A stretch of DNA of 64,000 nucleotides, from contig CM119269.1 in the NCBI GenBank assembly GCA_051294375.1, positions 5,973,531 through 6,037,530 of the forward strand, read 5' to 3'. The position numbers were made by a program, and so were the translations under genes. The stretch comes from Paraspadella gotoi (taxonomy: Eukaryota; Animalia; Chaetognatha). Shown piece by piece: positions 52,497 through 64,000 of this stretch. How positions within the stretch are numbered: position 1 is the first letter of the stretch; each line of letters starts with the position of its first letter. The notes under the pieces were generated by a model. The model did no database searches, was not told the DNA's origin, and saw only the letters and a program-made list of their open reading frames with translations.

Positions 52497-52765
52497 GCCC
52501 GACGTCCAGGTAAGAGACGCCTCATTAGATATCTGTTATTTAGGTTAGAGATGCATTACTTCCTTTACTCTCTTGTCTGTCGGTTGAAAAACAGACCGAC
52601 TGGCAGACCGACCGACCGACCGAAAAGTGACTTATTGAGCTACTCCGCCAGTACTAAAAATATACAAAATAAACTAAAATCGGACAATCAAAAAATACCA
52701 TTTATCGATCGACAATATGCAAATGATATTTTTTTTTCCTTCTCAGCTGAGCAAAGTCTCAAGTT

Positions 52766-53526
52766 CATCACGCATAAAACGGGGTAAAACCGAAAAGGAA
52801 TAGTTTTAACGTTTACCGCGTTGGAATTCGAGATTTCAGTCATCTTTTCTTCGTTTTATTAATTTTCCCTAAAATTTTTTTTTGTTCGCATACGGAGAAT
52901 TCAAGAGGATAAAAAGACCTTTCAACTGGTTACTGAAATTTATGGATATGTCTCACGGTATGGCCCGCACGAAATGAGAACAGTCTTTTTGAAAATCCTT
53001 GAGAACGTATTTAGTTGTTTTTACTTTCCTTTTCGATAAAATCTGCCTTTTTATCATAAATTTTAGATTCTATTGATACCGGACTCCAATATTCTGCTGA
53101 CAATGGTTTTACAGCGGCAACTATACCTTATCAAGACATTTGCTTTGAAGAAATTTTTGAGAGTCTCTCTTCTTTTCTCTCTCTCACTGTCTCACTCTCT
53201 CTCTCTGATTTTCATCCTACTCATCTGCTTCATCCTCCTCATCCTCCTCATTCTTACTAACTCTTTCTTACCATAGAAATGATTTGAATTTAAAATGCAA
53301 TGTCTAATAAAATAAACCAATCTCGATATTTTGTAATAAAAATCTTTTTATGCAATAGTAATTAGGAATTAATTGTTGGAAAAAAAATTGAGAAAGAAGT
53401 TAGAAAAAAAATTAAGGAAAAAGAAATTTAAAAAAAAATCTGAAATTTAAAAAAACGGTAAAGAAGATTCCGAAATCTTTTTGTTTACTCGATTGCGAAA
53501 AAATATACCCCGTTTTATGCGTGATG
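52766..53526. mobile_element. Intronic MITE, 761 bp, perfect 21-bp TIR CATCACGCATAAAACGGGGTA
   Basis: 52766-52786 is the exact reverse complement of 53506-53526. Flanks are TT and TA, a possible mutated TA TSD (Tc1/mariner-like). No coding capacity. Confidence 0.75.
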
Positions 53527-53983
53527 TAATAATCGTCTACGTTCGTCATTTCGAGTTTTATAGCGAAAGATTTTTCTCTCGCGGAAAACTTACGACTCAA
53601 TCGTATTTTCGAAGCAAACGGAGCGACGTAAACGACCTCTGCCGAAGGAGAATAAAACGAGGAAGAAAAAAAAGAGCAACGGAGGAAACGAGGGATAAAA
53701 TCTCGACGCTTTGACGGAGAGCGAGACGCCAGAGGAGAAATTTAGGGGGAATCGGGAGGTGGGTAGTTGGGTGGGTAGTTGGGTGGGTACTCTCAAAGTG
53801 GTCGTCTCGGGATGACTTTTTAACCCTCCCTCGTTTCTTTATCCAAAATATTCCGAAACGAGTTACGAGAAGGAGAAAGTGAAGCTTCAAATGACCAACT
53901 ACTCAAGAAACTCAAACCTTTCAAATCAAAACAAGAAAAACAAATCAAATTTAAAAAACAAAATAAATGAAATATAAACAAAC

Positions 53984-55064
53984 CTGGCTGCTTCTTGCTG
54001 CGCCGCGAGTCTGTGCACGTCGTCGGCGGTCATCGGGACGCCGGCGGCGGCGGCCATCGCCAGATTGATCCCGCGGCCGGTGGCGGCGCTCGATGCGGCG
54101 CCGTGGACGGAGACGGCAGGCGATAGCGCGGACGGCGCCGGGTGGGCGTTCCCACGTTGCGCCACTATCGCTGTGGAAATCTCCAGATCCTCGGCCGGCG
54201 TCGGTTGCGCCGGATCGTAGAGACTCTCGGTGACCGGGAAGCGCCGGACGAGTTGTTGTTGTTGTTGTTGCGCGAGCGGCGTCGAGTTTTGAACGGCGGC
54301 GTTTTTTGTCTTGCTGTTGTTGTTGTTATTGTTCGAGGATTCGTCCGGTGATCGGCGCTCCGGTTTCCATCCGTTGACGAGAACAATTCCCGGCGTCGTT
54401 GCTGTCGCCGTCGTCGAGCTCACCGGCGTCAAAAACCGCGCGGCCGACGGCCGACCGGCGCCCAATTGCAGCGTCCTCTGCGCCGAGAAGGCGGCGCCCG
54501 GCGTCGGCGCCACGGGTAGGCCGGCGTTCTGCGGCGTCGGCGGATATGACGCCGTTTTCGACGCCGCCGCAGCCGCCGCCGCCGCAGCAGAAATCGCGGC
54601 GTCCTGCGGCGTGGAAAACCTCATTCGTTTCACCTGAAGTTGGATGCTCTCCTGGAACTGCTGCACCGGCGAGGACGACGGCACCGTAGACGCCAAGTTT
54701 GGTGCGGCAGTTGCTGCCCCGCCCGGGTTGAAACCCAGAGGGTTGGTCAAAGCCGGGGGCGAACCCAACGTGGCCTGCAGCCCCAGCGGGATCATCGGCG
54801 GCGGCGGGAGCGGCGAAGGCTGCGGCCTGCTCTGCTGCTGCGCCAGCAGATTGAGTAGGGATGCTTGGTTCGACGCGGGAAGATTACTGGAATCGATGAG
54901 AGAGAGAATTTGAGAGAGAACGGCGCTCGTGTCGACGCCATTGGCGGCAGCAGCGGCGGCGTTGGCAGCGGCGGCGTTGGCCGCGGCGGCGTTGGCCGCG
55001 GCGGCTGCAGGGGCGGCGCCCAGCAGCTGAGCTTGTTGAAGGGACGCGTAGCCATTTGGGAGTC
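53984..55064 (-). CDS. Exon 3, 1081 nt, Ala/Gln/Pro/Asn-rich low-complexity region
   Basis: cttccag acceptor at 55065-55066, uninterrupted frame GLPNGYASLQQAQLLGAAPAAAAANAAAA...AAQQEAAR, donor AG|gtttgt at 53982-53983. The phase fits the upstream exon. Confidence 0.85.
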
Positions 55065-56514
55065 CTGGAAGATTCGGAATTACTTTTAGTCGAGGACTGG
55101 AATTCGTTTTGATGAATTATTGTTGACCTAAATGATTGGCAGAATACGCGTTTTGATAGAAAAATGTATAAAATACGTAGATTTAACTGAGTATTAGGTA
55201 TTGTGTGATTATATTGTTTATTATTTGTTATTATTGTTTATTATGTACATATAAAGCTGTTTTTTGCTAGCACAAAAATTGAATTTGAAATATCGAAAAC
55301 CAAAGTCTGAATGTGAACCAAATTTAAAAACTTTAGACTTAACTTGTGATTCGAAATATTAGCAACTTTTAACAGTTTTTAAAAATATTTTTATAGATAT
55401 TAGTTTTCAAAAAAAATATTACGTTTTAATCGAATGAAAGATTTTTTCTTATTTGCATTTGAAAAGCACCAGCTCAATAATTCGCTTTAAACCGACGCTT
55501 AATCTTAGAATTAAAGCCTCGATAAAAAGATTATCACACCCAACATTGAAACACTTTCACCGTCTATTGGCAACTGTCAAGCTGAATAAACAGCTCGGTT
55601 AAATGAAAATTGGATGCATTCTTAAGAAGCAGGTTTTAGTTTATGCAAATTTGACGAATAATTTCTAGAATCATGATTAAAAAATTTGGTGAGTTTTCAA
55701 CGATTGAGCCTCGAATTAAAATAACAGTGATGATAATATTAATAAAAAAATCGCGAGCACTGTCGTTGAAACACGAGCTTAGCAATAACAACACAATACA
55801 ATCGCAGTCAGGAGTCTAAATAATAACGAAACAACTACAACAGAAACAAACATGAAATTTAAACACAAATCAATTCAAAGGATTTGGTGAAAGAGTTGTG
55901 TGCAAAAATGCCATAATGAAAATTGGTTGTCACCGAATGGCTAATATGTTTTTTGAAATCAGGTTTTTTTGTTTGTTTGTTTGTTTGTTTGTTTGTTTTT
56001 TGTTTTTTTTGTTTTTTTTTTGAAAACTGAAAACAACTATGAGCGATCAATGAACACAAAGAAAATGTTCTCCAGCCGGAAAAACTGAACGTTTTAACAA
56101 AAAGCTTTTTCAAAACCAAACCGATGGTAAAAAAAAAATTGTACAATTTTCCGAGTATAGTAAATCGCCAAAGCGATTTGTTCTCAAAAAAGAAAAGTCT
56201 AAGCTACGAAAAAAAAAAAGGGAGAATGGCCAAGCGATTGGCGTAATGATCCATAACAACTTGCGCGATATTAGTTAAAAAAAAATGAAAAAGAAAAAAA
56301 AATCGTTCCCTAAGACATTCCCCCCTCCTCGGCTCCAAAAAACTTTTCCTCCGAGCTCTAAAATTTAATTATGCAAATTGGTTTCTGACGTTTAATCTTT
56401 GTCGCAAGACTGGAGACGGAATGAAAGGAGGAGGAGGAGGAATGTTTATTTACATTCTAATGAGACAGAAGTGACGAAAGTGCCCCCTAAAGTAAGAGGG
56501 ACGAGAGTAGAGAG

Positions 56515-56581
<67 letters not shown>

Positions 56582-56615
56582 GAGAGGAGAGAGAGAGAGA
56601 GAGAGAGAGACTTAC

Positions 56616-56700
56616 CATGAGCAAAGTATTGCGTTTGTGCCTGAGAAGACGCCGGTTGTACGGGACCAACAGCACGGAGTTGATTTAGCAGACTGTAAGT
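56616..56700 (-). CDS. Exon 2 (TYSLLNQLRAVGPVQPASLQAQTQYFAH)
   Basis: ttttatttgacag acceptor and ATG|gtaagt donor. It is 85 nt, phase 0 in and phase 1 out, exactly bridging exons 1 and 3. Confidence 0.8.
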
Positions 56701-56925
56701 CTGTCAAATAAAAGAAAAGCCTTAATTCCTCTTGCAACGCAACGCCCGAGCTCTGCCTCTCTCTACCCACACGCCCCCCCTGTGCTCTGACCTTCTCTTG
56801 ATCCTTCTGCCCCCTAAACTGAGCCCCTAAGAATTCCTTTTTCGAACTGAGTTCCTTTTACATCCAGAGCTAAGTCTCAATCCTCTGCCTGAAACCTTAC
56901 CCTGTTTTCTTTTTTTTTAAGCCTC

Positions 56926-56982
<57 letters not shown>

Positions 56983-58462
56983 GCTCCTCAGTGTTGCTCC
57001 CCTCTCTAAAACCTGCCTTAATCTCCCCCATAAACCGAAAGACTCTTCGAATTTCTGTCTTCTTTTCACTTCCTGATTTTTTTTTTTATTTTCGTCTTAA
57101 CTTTTTTTCCTCGATTCTAAAAAAAAGTTCCATCTTTCTCTCCTCAACATCAAACCCCCTTTTCTTTTTCTCCAGCAAACATTTGCTTATCATCACTTCT
57201 TCTGCTTTAAGTATTTTTTCTAAAAGCTCTACTTTTACTTGTATTATATCTCTAACTTTTAAGTACCACTGAAATATTTCCTTGCCTTGGAATTTCCAAG
57301 TTCTAAACACCAGTTCCTCCGAGTCCTTTACCAATATTTTCCATCGATGCTTTTTTACTCGTTTCTAAAATTGACTTCCGCATATCTTTCCCCTCCACCT
57401 GACCCTTTTGTCCTCCCAAAACCACCCAACAAAGGAAACGCCCCCTCCCATTTCCCTCCCTCGGCCTCAAAGCCTTTTTTCAAAGGCGGGTTGACGCCTA
57501 CGAGGACCAGGGAAAAAGATTTACTATGCTCGCAGCGGGCCGCGTTGGTTTCGCGCCAAACCGAGGGCGCGACAACAAGCAGCAAATGAGGGGAAAAGAG
57601 AGGTTGAGAAAATTTGTATTTAAAAGATTCTGCAGTTATTGAAAAAAAGTTTTGATTGTTCTGTTCTCTCGCTATAAAGAGAAAAAATCTTAATTAAATG
57701 CTTTTTATTTAAAATTTGATTAAAATATGAAATACATTTCATAGATTGTTTTAAGTTTTTTTACAGTTAATAAAGTAGGAGTTAATCAGCAACGATATGC
57801 AAATTAAAATGCTGCACCATAAATCATTTACGATTTACTCTTTGGTTTTTTTTTGGTTTTTTTTGGTTGTTTTAAATTAAATTACAAGATTTTTTTTTCA
57901 AAAAAAAAATATGGGGGGGAGAAATAAAATTGTCTGTTTTGTTATCAAATCGAAATCTGAGCTTTGGAGATATCAAGGGACGCTGAATCGAGAGGGGGTC
58001 CCGTCGAGGAGACCTCACGAAGCGGAACCCGTGAGAGGAAATCTCTCACTCCGGAGCGAGGCACGTTTGGCTCGGCCCTTTTCGTGTCATCCACTTCCAA
58101 AGATAACGTTCGACTCTTTAAAACTGATTATTTAAAAAAACATAAAAACTTTTTACTGGGTGATTCAGAGTTAAATCAGGAGGAAAATAGGAGGGGGAAG
58201 AAAAGGTACGCGAGCTCTTTGAGGGAGAAGAAAATAGTGAGAACGCTCTTGGCTAATTTTTTCCCAGAAAAAAAAAAACATTTAAAAGACAAAGAAAATT
58301 TCAATGAGTAATTTGCAGAGCCTTACAGCTCCTAAAATCTTCTGTCAACGATCTTTCATAGGTTTTAAGCCTTTTTTAACAGCAAACGGGTGAAACAAAC
58401 GCCGAGACAAACAAACAAAGGAGAATAAAATATAAATAAACAACAACAGACAAACAACAGAC

Positions 58463-58621
58463 CTGAGAAAAAGCGTTTATCGAATTTCCCGGCATCTTCG
58501 CGGCGGCCGAGGCGGAAGAGGCGGCTGCGGTGGCGGCTGCTGAGGCGGCTGCGGCAGCTGTAGCAGGATCCAAGGCGCCGAAGGAAGATTTGTCCGAAGG
58601 CCAAGTGTGTCGTCCAAGCAT
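58463..58621 (-). CDS. First coding exon (MLGRHTWPSDKSSFGALDPATAAAAASAAA...NAFSQ)
   Basis: ATG at 58619-58621 with an in-frame stop upstream; 53 codons; CAG|gtctgt donor, phase 0. Confidence 0.7.
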
Positions 58622-59182
58622 CACAGTCTGCGTTCCCGATTTCGAAAGAGAGGGCGCGCGGGATTTGGATGACAAAACGTTTTCACGATTGGTCGAATCG
58701 AATCGATTCAACCAATCAGGGGCGAGTTTTTACGAGTCATCGAAGCTTTTGCCTGAAATGTTCACTTATTGAGTTTTTGTTGATGTTGTTTTTCTGTCCG
58801 ATGCAATTATTATCGTTGCTCTTGTTGTCTGGCGATTTTCTTTTCTGGTAAAAAAAAAAAAAGATTGAAAGAGAACTTTGTGAATTTGTTTAAAAAGAAC
58901 TTTTTTTTAAGTTTAGAACAAAAGAAAACTTAAAAAAAAACTACTCCTGCTTGAAAAAATGATTCTAGATGATTTTTTCATTCGGGTTTTCCTCGTTCAT
59001 CTTTCATCGATGATCATTAGTCACCCTTTGCTTGTTATCTATTAACACTCATTGCTTGTCAATCTTTTTAGCTCATCGGGTTTCCTGGATTCGTATTTGG
59101 TCAATCATGTTATGACATCAAATTTTGTAATAAGACGCATAAAGACCAGAATTAACTCATTCTAAGCTCAGATCTCTCTCTC

Positions 59183-59240
<58 letters not shown>

Positions 59241-59466
59241 TCAGTTGGATAAACAGCTTTTATCCACTGCGACAGAAATAATCGAACAAAAACGAAGATA
59301 ACAAATGAATGAAAACGAGAAAAAAAAACGGAAAACTGATAAAATTTCTTTCCTTTGTTCTTCGGATTTATTTTGTTTGTTTTTTATTCCTCCTTTTTTT
59401 TGTTTGTTTGTTAGTTTTTCCGGTTTTTTTTTCACATCGTGTTTTGACGAAACGGGATATTATAGG

Positions 59467-59552
<86 letters not shown>

Positions 59553-59657
59553 ATCTTGTTTTGCTCTCGAATTCGTCGTGACATTTGGATTGACTTTCTT
59601 CTCACCTTTCCTCCCTAGTCCCTACAATTAAAAAAAAAAACACAAAACAGGAGAGAC

Positions 59658-59696
<39 letters not shown>

Positions 59697-59786
59697 CGTG
59701 TTCAATTCGATGTCATTCCACTTCCGATTCCACAACCTTGACATTTCCAGCGACGAGACGTCGCGGAGATTTCGTCCGCTCTCTGG

Positions 59787-59890
59787 GATGACGTCATCTT
59801 TGTTGGGGTCGGGCTGGAGGGGTCAGTAGCGGTCAGGCGGGGTCAGGCGGGGTCAGCCAGAGTTAGGCGGGGTCAGGTGTGGTCAGGTAG
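59787..59890. promoter_or_regulatory. CRE palindrome plus a 10-bp-phased GGTCA/GC-box array between divergent genes
   Basis: GATGACGTCATC at 59787-59798; GGTCA at 59821, 59831, 59841, 59851, 59871 and 59881 with GGCGGG spacers. Confidence 0.35.
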
Positions 59891-60243
59891 AGTAGAATAG
59901 TATAATTAAGAGTACAACTATCACACGATTGGTGGCACCTATTTCATTAAATGATTAACTTTAGCCTGATACGATTTGATCTGCCGATATCCTTACGAAC
60001 TAGTAGCAGTTATGCCTACGGTTTTTTTTTTAATGAAATTGAAATTAAATATGAAAGTAAATTTCAGAGAGTTTTTATTATTTTGTGAGCGAATATAGTA
60101 AAAACAATTAAAATAAAAACCTAAAAGCAAAGCTGTGTCATCTGGAAAAAAAAAGCTTTCTATATAATGTCTTCTCGATTCTCATTGCAAAAATCTTTTT
60201 TATTTCAAACATTTTCTTTTAATATTTTGTTTAAATCGAATCT

Positions 60244-60289
<46 letters not shown>

Positions 60290-60588
60290 TAAAAAAGATT
60301 CGTAAAGTAAATCTAATGTAATCTTCCTCGATTGTCTTTCTCTTTTTTTCTTTCTCTTTAGTTCTTCTCTTTCAGCTTTTCTCTTTTTTTTCTCTCTTTT
60401 TGCGCAAATTTTTTTGATAAACTTTTAGCTTTCTCTCGCTCTCTCGTTCTCTCCCTCTCTCGTTCTCTCGTTCTCTCGTTCTCTCCTTCTTTTTGAAAAA
60501 AAACTTTAACGTTTTGTTCAATTATGTCTAAGGTCGGACATTTCGCTAAATTTATTGTCGGCCGCGGAGAGAGGAGAGAGGGAGAGAG

Positions 60589-60669
<81 letters not shown>

Positions 60670-61515
60670 TCAATTAAATGTTTAGTTGATCTTACCGAAA
60701 GCCTTTTATTTTTTTTTTAACCCCAGAAAAAAAAAGAGACTAGGTTTTGCCTCAATGAATTCCTCGACGTTGGAAAGGAAAAGAAAACAAGAGTAAAACA
60801 AAAATGAAAAAAAAAAGGAAAAGAATCGGAAAACCGATATCTCTGTGGAATCTTCATATTTTTATTCTGTCTTTTGACTTTTATCCATCGTGAACTCCCT
60901 GCGGGTTCAGTTCCTCCTTCTCGTTTTTTATGGTGAAACAGTCTAGTTTCCTCTCTTCATTTGTATGGAGCGAGCGAGCGAGCGAGAGAGAGCGAGAGAG
61001 AGAGAGAGAGAGAGAATGTAGGCTGCAGTTGAACACTCTTCATATTTTTCAAGTGCTTGTATTTTTTCTTCCCCTTGAGTAATTAGCAAACATGAGAAAG
61101 AAAAAAAAGCTAAGTTTTTTCTTTTGAAAAACTTAAGCCTTTACGTGGAAAAAAAAGGGGAGAAAAAATGTGCAATCCTTTTAAATTAAAAGTTGCGCGA
61201 AATTGATTGATGTGTGATTGACCGATAGACCGATGTACGTTAAGTAGTTCATAGAGTAGAGGTCAGCACTGGGCACTGGACGTGGTAATATGACCAGAAA
61301 CAGAAACCAGAAAAAAGCTAAATACAAGCATAAAAGATTAAAGAAAAATACCGTGAAGGGTATTTAATAATAACTAGTTAAACATTACGTTACAAAGTAC
61401 GTTTAATCGCGTTAAAAATTATTATAAGAATTTCTTTCAGACGAAATTCAAACTGCCGAAAGAAAAAAAGCTAAATGGGGAAAAAAAGGTAATTAAACAT
61501 TTTTTCTAGAAATAA

Positions 61516-61578
61516 ATGTCGCAAGAAATAAAGGAGGAAGAGCGATTTAAAAGCAAAACAAGTAGAGATGAGCGCCAG
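61516..61578 (+). CDS. Possible first coding exon of a divergent gene (MSQEIKEEERFKSKTSRDERQ)
   Basis: ttttttctag acceptor 6 nt before the ATG, in-frame TAA just upstream, 21 codons, CAG|gtatgt donor, phase 0. Confidence 0.4.
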
Positions 61579-62372
61579 GTATGTCGAGGTCAGGAAATAA
61601 TCAAATCGAGACAGCTCCCGGTTTTTTTGGGTTTTTTTTGACAGCGCCGTCAGAGGCGCTGACCTTCGACGAAAAACACAAAACAGAGGAACAATGAAAT
61701 TTCGACGTCGCGGCGCTCGAAGCCCTTCGCCTCAGAAATAAGTCGGGGTTATACCCAGATATTTTTTTTATTTTACTTTTTCAAAACTGGATCGATAAAA
61801 ATAAATGTCCTTAAAAATAATCACCGTCCATTAAATCGAAATTGTTTTCAACTCTTAATCTTTTGCCGTGGCTTTTTGATAACCGAAAAAAAATTTAAAA
61901 AATTTAAAAAGCTTTTTTATTAAAAATTTTTTTTGACAAAATCGATATGAAGATTTACGCTTTGGTGATTGTGAAAAATTTTGTTCACGATTTTTTTTTT
62001 ATTTCTTTCGGATAGTTTGATTAAATTCATTTGTTTTTTAAATACGGGACGATTTTTATAAGCGAATTCGTTGTCGAGAGTCAAAATTCGTTGTTCCGGG
62101 AAAAATTTGTTCATAGGTGGCATTGGAGATTGCAAGAAGAAAGAGACACAAAATCGTAAAAGTCGAATGGGAAAAAGTTATGACCCCTTAACTGTCACTC
62201 ATTAATTCGATCGTTAACTTTTGTAGACTCTTTTATTCGTTCATTCATTCATTTACTTTCGTTAGGTTTTATGAAAGGCTCCTCCATTCGTTTATTAATT
62301 GAATCCATTCATTAATTGAATCGTTAATTCGTTCATTCATCAAAACCTCGTTCATATCATTCCCTCTTTCAG

Positions 62373-62609
62373 AGCGAATCCTCTTTGCAGAAAATCTTGA
62401 TTAACGATTGCAAAACAGAAACAGATGAGGCAATTATTTTCAGAAGAAGAAAGATTAAATCAGACGCAGATGAGAGTTGGATTCTCGCGGGATGCGAATT
62501 TAATATCGAACGCGCTCGGCCCAAGTCGCGAAGCGAGGGAAGACTGAGAAACTCTTGGTACGATCTTGATGCAATGTACTCGAAATATGAGAGTAAAAAG
62601 GAAAAATGA
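62373..62609 (+). CDS. Possible second exon (SESSLQKILINDCKTE...WYDLDAMYSKYESKKEK*), unknown product
   Basis: ctctttcag acceptor and a phase-0 open frame to TGA at 62607-62609. Confidence 0.4.
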   Translation, partial: SESSLQKILINDCKTETDEAIIFRRRKIKSDADESWILAGCEFNIERARPKSRSEGRLRNSWYDLDAMYSKYESKKEK

Positions 62610-64000
62610 AAATCCTTATAATGTAGTTATAGGAAATGCCAAGAGCATAGGCTTTTTTTTGGTAAATTGCAATTTGCGAATTTATCATTGAGTCGCGCGT
62701 GTGAGTTGTGACAAACGTGAGATGCAAATAATACAAAGCAGAGAACGTGATTTGAAACAAAGATGGTTATGAGTTTTAACAATGAAAATAGATGTGAGAT
62801 GCCAATGTATTTCTTAGCATTAGGTGGGATTAAAAACAAAGATGGTATTATAAATTCAAAAGCCTTCTCGCGCCAAAATTTAGAGTCGCACCGCCTTCCG
62901 GTGCCGTATTTTCTAGTCCGGCGCCGATTCTCATCCTCGCGCCGATTTTCGATCTTCGTCATTTTCGTCGTCGTCGTCGTCGTCGTCGTCATCGTTGACG
63001 TCGTCGTCGTCGTCGTCGATTCAATTCTATGTTTTCAATTCGATAAAATTTCTAAAAATAAAAATAAAAGGATAATATTTTGGTTTTTTGCGAAGTTTCG
63101 CTTCTCTCGGACGATTTCGGGACTGAGCCGATAAATTTGGCTGCGTAATCGTAAAAATCGTGAGAGAGAAAGAGAGAGGGGAGGAGAGAGAGACGACGAC
63201 GAGAGAGAGAGAGAGAAGAGAGGAGAGAGGAGAGAGAGAGAGACGACGACGACGAGGAGTTGAGAGAGAGAGAGAGAGGGAGAGACTATTGCTTGTTGCC
63301 AGTTTGTTATCTTATTTACGTCCTTTTCTCTCGCTTTTTTTTATCGACCCTTGATTAAATTAAGATTTTTTTTTCCTTTTCTATTATGTTTAGGTTAACG
63401 AGTTTTAATCCCCGACACAATAATTTCAAATTTAATGCTGAGTGTCAAACATCGCGCGACATGGCGACCACGAATTTAGTAAAATATTTTGTTGTCTCGA
63501 CGTCAGTTTTAATTTTAAAACATTAACAACATTAGTTTCATTACCGGTTTCTAAAAAGAAAAAAATATCGCCCTGCGGCTACATAGTGTGATAAATTTTT
63601 TTTAACTGAAATTTTGATAAAGAACAATTTTAATATTAATAACAAAATTGTTATGTTATAATTGAATAAAAGGGATTTATCCATTTTTTTATCGCTTTTG
63701 CCCAAAATTGTTTAATCCAATCATTTGTGTTTACTTTCCTTTTTGTTGCGTTTGAAGTTTAATTTCAAGACGACGAAATCTTGTTTTAAGGGTCAATAAA
63801 AAGCGTTTTTTTTTATTATTTCTCGAAGCCAAATTTCAAATTTAAAAAAAATCATAAAGCGAATCCCCTTTTCTCCTCAAAATGGTCAAGAGTCACACAA
63901 AGCAGAAAAAGGGGCGTCGTTTTCAGTGAGGGTGAAAAACGTGAAAGAATTTCCTCGAGGGCAAATGTCTCACCTTAACTCTTTCACCAAAACAAAATCG

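Overview
Eukaryotic (invertebrate-like) draft-assembly sequence: AT-rich, dense in (GA)n, (GAC)n and (TGAA)n microsatellites, with 8 N-gaps, four of them exactly 25 N. Several stretches look like unpolished long-read sequence with many indels. Bases 1-23.7 kb hold three copies of one locus: 1-9561 (+), 9587-~17570 (-) and ~17980-23730 (+). Comparing them exposes two reciprocal presence/absence insertions. One is a 3.9-kb element with ~0.9-kb terminal inverted repeats (3334-7263) inserted at the edge of a CT microsatellite. The other is a 3.64-kb element flanked by TTAA with a ~15-bp TIR (Kolobok-like, 19906-23549). The locus also carries a 56-bp G-rich minisatellite. Bases 27.6-58.6 kb contain a large multi-exon minus-strand gene. 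Its 5' exons are clean and Ala/Gln/Pro-rich, the middle exons are frameshifted by sequence noise, and the 3' exons show hints of a USP-like protease fold followed by a basic patch and an atypical C2H2 finger (inference). Its introns hold two MITE-like elements and a ~100-nt Pol III-like structured RNA candidate (29448-29549). A possible small divergent + strand gene starts at 61516. No prokaryotic features, rRNA, canonical tRNA or CRISPR array were seen. Repeat counts and boundaries in noisy regions are by-eye estimates.
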